This document shows, piece by piece, positions 1 to 8,597 of a stretch of DNA of 64,000 nucleotides. Under the pieces are notes generated by a model. It saw nothing but the letters and a program-made list of their open reading frames with translations. It was not told the DNA's origin and searched no databases. Made by a program: the position numbers and the translations under genes. Source of the stretch: Chloropicon primus (Eukaryota); assembly GCA_023205875.1 (NCBI GenBank), contig CP060761.1, positions 496,001 to 560,000 of the forward strand, in the 5' to 3' direction. How positions within the stretch are numbered: the first letter of the stretch is position 1; each line of letters opens with the position of its first letter.

Positions 1-125
1 ACGTGTCCAGGTTCGTGAATCAGTCCCAGGACCCGAACCTCGAGGTAGTCTTGGTCCACAATCGCATCCTCTTCCGAGCCAAGCGTAAGATCCTCGAAGG
101 AGAGGTCCTCACCATCTCCCACTAA
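1..125 (+). CDS. 3' end of a SET-domain protein (partial, truncated by window edge)
   Basis: Frame from nt 3 reads VSRFVNQSQDPNLEVVLVHNRILFRAKRKILEGEVLTISH*, which resembles the SET C-terminal motifs RFxNHSCxPN and GEELxxDY; stop TAA at 123-125. Confidence 0.65.
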   Translation, partial: VSRFVNQSQDPNLEVVLVHNRILFRAKRKILEGEVLTISH

Positions 126-364
126 ACTTACTTTTTGTCATCCACTCAGCAGACTCAGATGAGAGGTCCCAGGCCCTGGCAAACCTCCAATCGTCGTCCA
201 TGCAGGCTCTTCAATGGACTTGAGAGGAGGCTATCTCCTTCACTCTCAAGCCAAATTGCTTCACTTCATCCACCATCCCCTCTCCCTGTCCCTGTCTCTG
301 TCCCTGTCCTGTCCTCCTCTGAGCCTCTGGCCTTCCCGCTCTTTCCGTCAGCTGACGGAACGCG

Positions 365-3300
365 ATGGCGATGGCGAAGGAAGGGCCCCTCTCGATGGAG
401 GACCTTCTCCAGGACGCCGAGGGGGAGGACGACTACGGCGACGGAGGAGGAGGAACACCGCACCAGGATCCTCAAGTCTTCCTCACTCCTTTGCCTTCGC
501 AACATCCGACGCAACAACAGATGCCTTCGCCTCATGCAGAAGCTGCGAGAAAGAGGCTGCCTTCTCCCTTGTCCTCCATGAGGAAGAAGAAGGTGTATGC
601 CGTGCTAAGGGGGAGGAAGCCGGGAGTGTACGACACGTGGGAAGAAGCGCGAGAGCAGATCGATGGGTTCAGTGGAGCCGAATTCAGGAAGTTCACTTCC
701 GTGTCGGACGCAGAGACTTTCCTTGGACAAGACAGAGATCATCCTCATCCTCAGGATCATCCTCCTCAGGTGGTTGCCATTGATGTGGAGGAACCGGCAG
801 GATCTGCAGGTACGAGGAAACGGAAGGCGGAGAGTCCGGGTCCACCGTCTCCATCGGTGTACAACTCCATCGGAGTTGAGGAAGGGGAGACTCTGCTGAA
901 GAAGTTTGGGTTGGGGAGAGAAGGGAGCAACTCGGTGGGGAGCAACCCGGTGCGAGAGAGCGGAGGTGGGTCGAAGCGGAGGGGTGGGATACGATTAGGT
1001 CTGAACACTGGCGTTGGAGAACCATCTTCCTTGTCGAGCATGTGTCCTCCCAAGGCACGGGATCGGGAGAAGGGCAAGCGTGCCGAGAGCTGGGTTGAAT
1101 CGGTGCCCAGGAGTCCAAGGAGTGCGGAGCAGAAGCTGTCGCCGGGCCAGGAGAGGGCAATCAAGCAGGTGCTGACGGGGAGAAGCGTCTTTATCACAGG
1201 TGGGGCGGGTGTTGGAAAGTCCTTTCTCGTGGAAAAGGTTGTTGAGGCCCTGAATAAGCGGGGATCAAAGGTCCAGATATGCGCGACCACCGGCATCGCA
1301 GCCGTGAACATCGGGGGGCAAACCATCCACAGCTTCGCAGGAATACCAATCGACAAGGAGAGCAAGGAATCCTTGGCGGAGAAGTTGTACAAGAAGAGGG
1401 CCGTGCGAAAGAGGTGGCAAGACATACAAGTGCTGCTGATCGACGAGATATCCATGGTTCCCGCCGACCTCTTTGACACGCTGGACTTCATCGCGAAGAG
1501 GTGCAGGGGCACAGAAGTGAATGGCCGCGCCCTGCTCCAGAAGGATCCGATGGGCGGGCTCCAGGTGGTCGCTGTGGGGGACTTCTTTCAGCTCCCCCCT
1601 GCCGAAAGCCGGTGCAACTTCGTCTTCGAGTCCGCTGCCTGGAAGAAGCTAGACTTCGTCAACGTCGTCCTGAAGCACGTCTGGAGGCAGAGTGACCCAA
1701 CGTTTGTGAACATGCTGAACGAGCTGAGGCTCGGGCAAGTGAGTGAAGGAACGCTGCACAGGCTTCTGCAGTGCGACAGACCTCTTAGTCAGACGGACGG
1801 GATCCTGCCCACGATGCTTTATCCTCACAGGAGGAACGTGGACAGCGAGAACAAAAGGTTCTTCGACAAATTGCAAGGGCAAGTGAGAGAGTACGAGTGC
1901 AAGGACTTTGTCAACTGCGACAGGGCAAGGCCGTACTTGCAGCAGCTGAATAAAATCAACGTTCCCGGAATCTTGGAGACGAAACCAAGGATGCAGGTGA
2001 TGCTCAGGACAAACATGGACCTCAAGAAAGGCCTGTGCAACGGAACGAGAGGGGTGATATTGGGATACCGACCCTTCAAGGCCTGGTTACAGGAGCAGAA
2101 CGACGACACCTTGAGGATGAGGTATCCCGGGGCCTTTGCACACCTCAAGCAGTGGGGGAAGAAGCATCCGCACCTGCCCTTCGTTCTATTCGCCAATGGC
2201 GTCAAGATGACCATCCCGCCCGTTACATGGGAGAGGACTTTCTTGGAAGGCAAGGTCTCCGTCACGAGGCTTCAGGTGCCTCTGATTGCGGCATGGGCCT
2301 TGACGATTCACAAGTGTGTGGCACCAGACACACTCGTTCCAACAAGCGATGGGCTCCGATACATGTCTGAGATTGTCAGGTCGGATATCTCGGGGTGGTC
2401 GAAGCCTCAACGAGAAGTCAAGGTTGCATCGAGGGAAGGATGGGAAAGAGTCGCTGGTATGTTCAAAGGAGAAGAGGAGCCCAGCATTATCGTTAGAACG
2501 AGAATGGGCTTTGAGCTTGAAGGCTCTGTCAGACATCCTGTTCTGGTCATGCGTTCAGATGGAAAAGAAGCCTGGAAGCTTCTTCCTGACGTTGAAATCG
2601 GTGATGTTCTGATTATGAGAAGAGATTGTGGACAAGTTCAAGAGTCTGGCCCCATCGAGGTGGACTCCTTCACGGACTCAGACAGAGTCCCAGCAACTCA
2701 CATTTCCGAGGATCTTGCGTGGGTGTTCGGAATCCTTGTAGGCGATGGCAGTTATCGTGACACGAGAGACGGGGCTGTGGACCTGACCAACAACGACACC
2801 GCTCTGCTCGACCTCTTCAAAACCATTTGCAAGAGAGAGCTTGGGGTTCGGGTGTGCTCTTACAAGAACAGGCGATACTTCTGTTGTCAAGCTGCCAGGG
2901 AATTTCTCTTTGACTGCGGCTTTGAGTATGTCATCGCGCCTCAAAAGAAGGTGCCGTGGGTCGTTCGGAGTTCTCCTAAGAAGGTCCAACGCGCCTTTCT
3001 GAAGGGGCTTTTTGATGCTGATGGTGGAGTCAATCGCACAAGCGTGCACCTGATCTCTGCTTCAAGGCAGTTGATCAAAGAGGTTCACCTGATGCTGTTT
3101 CACAGCGACATTGTGGGAAGGATGGTTGAAATGCCAAACGATCATGCGGGTGCGTGGAGGGTTGAGATCACAGGTGCGCACTCAAGATGGTTCATGGAGA
3201 CCATCGGGTTCGTATCTAGGGAGAAGACTGCTAAGTTCAGTAGCACCAACGTTGCCAGCAGAGCTACTTCCCGTGGTGTGCCCAAAAGTAATATGGGAGC

Positions 3301-4306
3301 TCTCCCCGATTCCGATGAGATTGCTCGCAGCCTTCAAAAAGAACACGCACTCTCAAAGAAGAATGGGGTGTCTCAACTCGTGCCAAGGTGTGTGCAAGGT
3401 AAGCCACGTCTCCACGTGTTTCATCTGCCCTACTTGATCACTCATCTGAATTTGGCAGAGTCTGATGCAGGCATGGATTTGATCGCTCGGAATCGCGATG
3501 GATTGTTCTACGACAAGGTCGTGCATACTACGAGTGGGAGATGCATGATGTTTGATCTGGAGGTCGACAAGCAACACGCTTTTGTAAGCAATGGTATCGT
3601 CAGTCACAACTGCCAGGGCATGTCACTCGATCGCGTTCAGATCAACCTTGCCAGTTCCTTTGGGGTTGGAATGGCGTACGTGGCTCTTTCGAGGGCAAGG
3701 AGCTTGGATGGGCTTCAACTGCAGGGATTCAGCAGCAAAGTCGTGAGGGCGTCGAGCCAGGTGAAGGAATTTTATGAGAAGATATCAACAACCGAGGAAG
3801 AGGATGAGGATGACGAGGGCGAGCGCGGGGGCAATGACAACGGCAACAGCAACGGCGCGGAGTGCTCGAAGAAAGGAGAGAGCACCACAAAGGAGAAGGA
3901 CAAGGAGAAGGACAAGGAGAAGGACAAGGTCAAGGAATGGTCAGAGCATCTCGAGGAGCATGTATACGAGGCCGTGAAGCTGAATTTGCAATGCGCCTTG
4001 ACCCAAGCCATGGGATCGGGGAGGTACGACTTGGAAGGGGTCGCTGACAGCTTTCGTGCCACGTGCGATCGTGCATGCAGAGACGTGTTGAGTGATCTGC
4101 AGATGAAGCTGAAGGGGTACTGCCCACCGCCCGAACCAGAGAACGCGACGACGGGGCCCGAAAAGCAGGCAAAGGCAAAGGAGCCAGAGCCCGCCAGGCC
4201 TGCAGAGCCGACCAGGCAGCAGCAGCAGCAGACCCCGGTAATCACGATAGACGAGATCGAGTCCGACGAAGAGGACGGGGATGACCTCTGTACCCAGAAG
4301 TACTGA
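365..4306 (+). CDS. PIF1: PIF1-family 5'-3' DNA helicase with N-terminal RNase H1 hybrid-binding domain, interrupted by an intein
   Basis: 1313-aa ORF. Walker A FITGGAGVGKS, ATTGIAAVNIGGQTIHSFAG, LLIDEISMV, GDFFQLPP, VWRQSDPTFVNMLNELRLG, NGTRG, AWALTIHK|CQGMSLD and GMAYVALSRARSLDGL. N-terminal YAVLRGRKPGVYDTWEEAREQIDGFSGAEFRKF. Confidence 0.95.
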   Translation: MAMAKEGPLSMEDLLQDAEGEDDYGDGGGGTPHQDPQVFLTPLPSQHPTQQQMPSPHAEAARKRLPSPLSSMRKKKVYAVLRGRKPGVYDTWEEAREQIDGFSGAEFRKFTSVSDAETFLGQDRDHPHPQDHPPQVVAIDVEEPAGSAGTRKRKAESPGPPSPSVYNSIGVEEGETLLKKFGLGREGSNSVGSNPVRESGGGSKRRGGIRLGLNTGVGEPSSLSSMCPPKARDREKGKRAESWVESVPRSPRSAEQKLSPGQERAIKQVLTGRSVFITGGAGVGKSFLVEKVVEALNKRGSKVQICATTGIAAVNIGGQTIHSFAGIPIDKESKESLAEKLYKKRAVRKRWQDIQVLLIDEISMVPADLFDTLDFIAKRCRGTEVNGRALLQKDPMGGLQVVAVGDFFQLPPAESRCNFVFESAAWKKLDFVNVVLKHVWRQSDPTFVNMLNELRLGQVSEGTLHRLLQCDRPLSQTDGILPTMLYPHRRNVDSENKRFFDKLQGQVREYECKDFVNCDRARPYLQQLNKINVPGILETKPRMQVMLRTNMDLKKGLCNGTRGVILGYRPFKAWLQEQNDDTLRMRYPGAFAHLKQWGKKHPHLPFVLFANGVKMTIPPVTWERTFLEGKVSVTRLQVPLIAAWALTIHKCVAPDTLVPTSDGLRYMSEIVRSDISGWSKPQREVKVASREGWERVAGMFKGEEEPSIIVRTRMGFELEGSVRHPVLVMRSDGKEAWKLLPDVEIGDVLIMRRDCGQVQESGPIEVDSFTDSDRVPATHISEDLAWVFGILVGDGSYRDTRDGAVDLTNNDTALLDLFKTICKRELGVRVCSYKNRRYFCCQAAREFLFDCGFEYVIAPQKKVPWVVRSSPKKVQRAFLKGLFDADGGVNRTSVHLISASRQLIKEVHLMLFHSDIVGRMVEMPNDHAGAWRVEITGAHSRWFMETIGFVSREKTAKFSSTNVASRATSRGVPKSNMGALPDSDEIARSLQKEHALSKKNGVSQLVPRCVQGKPRLHVFHLPYLITHLNLAESDAGMDLIARNRDGLFYDKVVHTTSGRCMMFDLEVDKQHAFVSNGIVSHNCQGMSLDRVQINLASSFGVGMAYVALSRARSLDGLQLQGFSSKVVRASSQVKEFYEKISTTEEEDEDDEGERGGNDNGNSNGAECSKKGESTTKEKDKEKDKEKDKVKEWSEHLEEHVYEAVKLNLQCALTQAMGSGRYDLEGVADSFRATCDRACRDVLSDLQMKLKGYCPPPEPENATTGPEKQAKAKEPEPARPAEPTRQQQQQTPVITIDEIESDEEDGDDLCTQKY
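2315..3610 (+). mobile_element. Intein (432 aa) with dodecapeptide LAGLIDADG homing endonuclease
   Basis: Block A CVAPDTLVPTSDG (Cys1 codon at 2315), block B GFELEGSVRHPVLV, block C LAWVFGILVGDG (2714-2749), block D KKVP, block E AFLKGLFDADG (2993-3025), blocks F/G MFDLEVDKQHAFVSNGIVSHN, followed by extein Cys+1 (3611). Removing it restores TIHKCQG. Confidence 0.95.
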
Positions 4307-4405
4307 TTGACCGCACAAATGTAAAAAAAAAGAATGAATACGATTTCATATAAAAAGGTTTCTGTGTCGCGCGCGGAACGCCAGCGCCCTCGCATCCTCC
4401 TCGAA

Positions 4406-5461
4406 TCAGACGATCTGCTTCATCTCTTGGATTCCCTGGCACTCGCGGAGAATCCATCTTGGCGGAAGGTACTTGCCCTTGTCGTAGGTCCCCGCGCTGT
4501 CCTGCTGCAGGGCCCAGAGGTAGTCCACCGCCTGAATCTCATCGGCGGCGCCCTCCAAGATGTTGCCGTACTTGTCCCTCACGCACTTGATCTGCTGAAG
4601 CGCGAACCGTATGATGACCAGCGGGGAGTTCTCAAAGCTCTTCACGTCGAACAGGTGAACCTCCTTGATGTCCAATATCCTCGAGTCCATGATCGCGCCC
4701 TCCTGCTTGAGAAACTTCTGCTGGGCCTCCACCCTCTCGCACACCTCCTTGCTGCAGTGCTCCTTGAGCACGTCCATGTCGCCCTTCAAGTACGCGTTCA
4801 TCACAGGGACGATGTCCCTCTTCACGTCCCTCAGGAAGTCCACCATGTCAAAGCTTGGGTCCCTCACCCGGATCTCCCTCGTCGCCGCCGCGAACTCGGT
4901 CTCCTGCAAGTTGTCCTGGATCTTGTGAACCAGGGTGTTGTCGCTCGTCTCCCACCTGTCTCTGAGGTCCTCCGCCACCTCGTTCGCCCTCTGCACGAGC
5001 TTGTGCTCCTTCAGTCCGAGCACCTTTTGGAAGAACGCGGTCGTCTTTGCCTGATCCTTCACCTCGTCCCACTGCTTCGACCAGCCCGTCTTCTCCGGCG
5101 CCTCCGCCACCGCAACGTCAGTCGTCCCGGTGTACTCCTCCTGCTTGTACTCGGGCCGCCTCCTCGTCGTGCTCACGTCGCTCTCCTTCATGTCAAACAT
5201 GTCCTTCAGCTCGTCCCTCACCAAAGACGTGAACTTCTTCGCGAAACCAAACGCGTCCTTCTTCTCCTCCTCGCTCGACTCCTTGCTCGACTCCGTCGCG
5301 TAACTCCTCCGCATCATCATCGTCGTCACGCCTCTCGCGCCGCCGGGCGCTGCTGCCTCCATCGCTGCAGACGTCGACGTCGCACCGCCGGTGTGCACCT
5401 CCACCACCGCACGGGACGCCGCCCTCGCCAGCCTCGCCACCATTGTCATCCTCGCCGTCAT
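4406..5461 (-). CDS. TIM44: Mitochondrial import inner membrane translocase subunit TIM44
   Basis: Arg/Ala-rich presequence; DLRDRWETSDNTLVHKIQD, EIRVRDPSFDM and QQIKCVRDKYGNILEG...YLWALQQ of the Tim44 domain; first ATG at 5461. Confidence 0.92.
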   Translation of the reverse strand: MTARMTMVARLARAASRAVVEVHTGGATSTSAAMEAAAPGGARGVTTMMMRRSYATESSKESSEEEKKDAFGFAKKFTSLVRDELKDMFDMKESDVSTTRRRPEYKQEEYTGTTDVAVAEAPEKTGWSKQWDEVKDQAKTTAFFQKVLGLKEHKLVQRANEVAEDLRDRWETSDNTLVHKIQDNLQETEFAAATREIRVRDPSFDMVDFLRDVKRDIVPVMNAYLKGDMDVLKEHCSKEVCERVEAQQKFLKQEGAIMDSRILDIKEVHLFDVKSFENSPLVIIRFALQQIKCVRDKYGNILEGAADEIQAVDYLWALQQDSAGTYDKGKYLPPRWILRECQGIQEMKQIV

Positions 5462-6271
5462 CCCGACACACACAAACGCACGCACGCTGCTCTCTCTCTC
5501 TCTCTCTCTCGCCAGTCACTGGCTTTGGCATGCATGGCACCAAGGCAAATGGCGATGATCGTCGTCAGTCCCTTCCATCCTCCACAGAGCGTCTCTCGAA
5601 CCGAGGGAGGGCTCGAAAGAAAGGCCAGGAGGCGAAGCACGCGATCGTGTCGCGACACGGTCGAACCCGTCGCCCTCCTCGTCGTCGATCACGCGTTTGT
5701 GTTTTAGGAACTTACCTCAGGGTGCTCGCTCGCTCTTGCTCTTTTGTTTTCTGCGAAAGATCGTTTGCAGCAGCAGAGGAGGAGGAGGAGAGGAGGAGAG
5801 GAGAGGAGAGGGAGAGGGAGGAGAGATCGCAACGCATTGTCGTCCAGCTCGGTTGAAAATCTCTCCCTCCATCCATCCCTCACACACACACACACTCTCT
5901 CTCTCTCGGCCTGTGTCTGGGTCACCTGGACAGAGAGAGAGAGGGGAGGGGGATGTTTGTGTTTGTGTGTGGAGGAAGTGGAGGAGCTCGAGTCGTGCAG
6001 GGAGATCCGCCTCCCCTGTCTCTTCCCCCTCCCCTGTCCTGTCTCCTTCTCCGGCGTCATGCATGCAGGGTGACCTCGATCAGCACAAAGATAGAGAGAG
6101 AGGGGGGAGAGGTATTGTGGGAAGGATGGAGTGCGATCCGTCTTCTCATCAGAGTCTCCCTCCTGCACGCTGCAGGGTTCCAATGGGGAACCAAACCCAA
6201 GCCTTTCTCGCTCTGTCTTTCTCGAGTGATGCAGAGACAAAAGGGCTAAAGTCCATCACCGCCATCTCCCT

Positions 6272-6907
6272 AGAGAGCGATGGCCGGGAGGGAACACAAA
6301 CAAGAGGAGGGAGAGGATTGATGGCAATGGTGGAAGGGGTCACACCTTTCTCGCTTCTTCAATCCGATGACTGGATCAAGTCCAGTCCTCCTCCAAGATA
6401 AGAACGCTAGAGAGAGAGAGAGGGGAGAGCGATGACGGGAGGGAAAAGCCAAACCCTGCAAGGGAGGAGGGAACACAAACAAGAGGAGGGAGAGGATTGA
6501 TGGTAATGATGGAAGGGGTCACACCTTTCTCGCTTCTTCAATCCGATGACTGGATCAAGTCCAGTCCTCCTCCAAGATAAGAACGCTAGAGAGAGAGAGA
6601 GGGGAGAGCGATGGCGGGAGGGAAAAGCCAAACCCTGCAAGGGAGGAGGGAACACAAACAAGAGGAGGGAGAGGATTGATGGTAATGATGGAAGGGGTCA
6701 CACCTTTCTCGCTTCTTCAATCCGATGACTGGATCAAGTCCAGTCCTCCTCCAAGATAAGAACGCTAGAGAGAGAGAGAGGGGAGAGCGATGGCGGGAGG
6801 GAAAAGCCAAACCCTGCAAGGGAGGAGGGAACACAAACAAGAGGAGGGAGAGGATTGATGGTAATGATGGAAGGGGTCACACCTTTCTCGCTTCTTCCAT
6901 CCAATGA
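6272..6907. repeat. Tandem repeat, 179-bp unit, about 3.5 copies
   Basis: AACACAAACAAGAGG recurs at 6293, 6472, 6651 and 6830; units nearly identical. Confidence 0.95.
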
Positions 6908-7734
6908 CTCGATCGATCGATCGATCGATCGCTTTTCCTCCGTCCAGAGAGTCAGTCTTCCTTCCAAGATTACCGCGCCCGTGAGCTCGAGCGAATGGTG
7001 TATAGCATTACATGGAATCTCTACACTCAATGAAAAAAAAGTGTGACATTTTTGCACTTGCAAAACCTTGTTTGAATTTACACGTGTTTTGTACTCTCAC
7101 ACTAAAAAAAACCAAGTCCACGCGACGACGCCACAAGCGCGTCGAGAGAGGTAAGGCTTTGTGCGCTCCGGTACCGAGGCAGAGGCGTCCCGAGCCGAAA
7201 GAGATGGCAGAACTCGGTTCTACTGCTCGAGATCTTTCGTTTGACCCTTTACTTGCTCGAAATGGCGTACGTTTGGACGCTAATCACGACGTTTTATTCT
7301 CTCTTTCTCTCTCTCCTTGTTCCTCCTCGATGCCAGGCCTGAGGTAAGACCCTTTGCCCATGCGAACCGAGAACGCTACGGAGCGCTCGCTGTCGCGTTC
7401 GTGGCCAAAATTTGACTCCCTCGCCTCGTTCCCTTTCGCTTGACCCCTCCCTCCCTCGAAATGGTTCCGGAATGACTTTGCTTCGAGATTCACTTCACTC
7501 ACTCATTGCTCTGCCTGTCTCACGCTCATGCTCTTGCCCATGCCTTGTGGTTGTCATGGATGCCCTGTCTCATGCTCTGTCTCACGCTGTGTCATGTTTC
7601 GTCGTTGCTGTTGTCATGGGTTGGTCCAATGTCGTGCTGCTGATGCTGCTGGCTGATGCTTTTGGCTTTTGGTTTTTGGTTTTTGCAGAGTGGTTTGTTG
7701 CAGGAAGAGGCTGCTTGCTTGCTTGGCATCCAGG

Positions 7735-8511
7735 ATGTTGATGGGCGGAGTCGGAACGCAGAACCCGAACCCCCCGGTGGCGGTGGTGAAGGCAAAGCCG
7801 ACGCTTGAGTCCCTAGACTCAAAGATTGAGGTGCTCAAGGAGCTCCTGTCGGATGGGAACCTGTCACAGGAAGCGTACGACCACAAGGTGGGAGAGATAG
7901 AAGCGGAGAAGAAGGAGATGGAGAACGAGGCTGCGAATGCTACGGTAAATTTGGCAATGGACACGACGGCTGGGAAGGGAGGGGAGGTCAAGGAGCAGAA
8001 GGAGCAGAAGCGCAAGAGGAAGACCTTCACGGAGGTGGCGAATTTCGTGGAGAAGGCTGAAGCTATCGCCTGGTTGCAGGCGGATGGAAGGTGCTTCAAG
8101 CGCATCAACTCGTCGAAGAGCTACAAGGGAGGACCCCTGGGTGCCATCTACAAGTGCAACCTTTTCAAGGACGGGGACTACATGGTCAGGCTGTGGTTCG
8201 ATAGGGCCAAGGAGCACTGGGTGATCTCCGAGAGCGGCACGAAAGGCACCGAGTACAACATCGTGCAAGGGAGGATCTCTCCGTTCTTGAAGCAGAAGCT
8301 CATTCCCATGCTCAAGGAGGAGGACGGAAGGCCGGTGAAGGTGCTCGATCAGATCAAGAAGGAGGCCGAAACCAGTGGCGACGAGAGCTTGCAGAAGATG
8401 ATCGAGCAGGTGACCTACAAGCAAGTCGCGGCTTTGAGGAGGGGAATCAAGCCAAAGGAGGAGAAGAAGGAGCTCGAAGCTGCCACCGGCGTTCCTCTCA
8501 TGGAGGATTGA
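7735..8511 (+). CDS. Hypothetical protein with SHOCT-like helix and MULE/FAR1-like DNA-binding region
   Basis: Coding-like ORF; KIEVLKELLSDGNLSQEAYDHKV, F..KAEAIAWL..YKC..VRL..W.I and RPVKVLDQI..VTYKQVAALRR; start codon uncertain. Confidence 0.6.
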   Translation: MLMGGVGTQNPNPPVAVVKAKPTLESLDSKIEVLKELLSDGNLSQEAYDHKVGEIEAEKKEMENEAANATVNLAMDTTAGKGGEVKEQKEQKRKRKTFTEVANFVEKAEAIAWLQADGRCFKRINSSKSYKGGPLGAIYKCNLFKDGDYMVRLWFDRAKEHWVISESGTKGTEYNIVQGRISPFLKQKLIPMLKEEDGRPVKVLDQIKKEAETSGDESLQKMIEQVTYKQVAALRRGIKPKEEKKELEAATGVPLMED

Positions 8512-8597
8512 TTGCATCGTATACTTTAGTTAGCTGTATTCCAACTTACTTCACGTGTCTTCTTGCGCGCGCGCGCGCGCGTGGGAAAGAAAACAAC

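Noticed and set aside
365..4306. Helitron (Rep-Pif1) transposon
   Set aside because: No HUH Rep domain and no Helitron termini seen; the gene looks like a cellular PIF1
4334..5707. Long antisense or alternative-frame ORFs (also 8508-9923, 13514-14893, 15326-16957, 27343-28959, 30890-32518, 37649-38692, 39493-41214, 45145-47088, 60105-61577)
   Set aside because: Shadow ORFs opposite well-supported genes, expected with high GC3 codon bias; no recognisable domains
6272..6907. CRISPR array, or the small repeated ORFs inside the 179-bp repeat
   Set aside because: Units are fully repeated with no unique spacers, the context is eukaryotic, and the ORFs are repeat by-products
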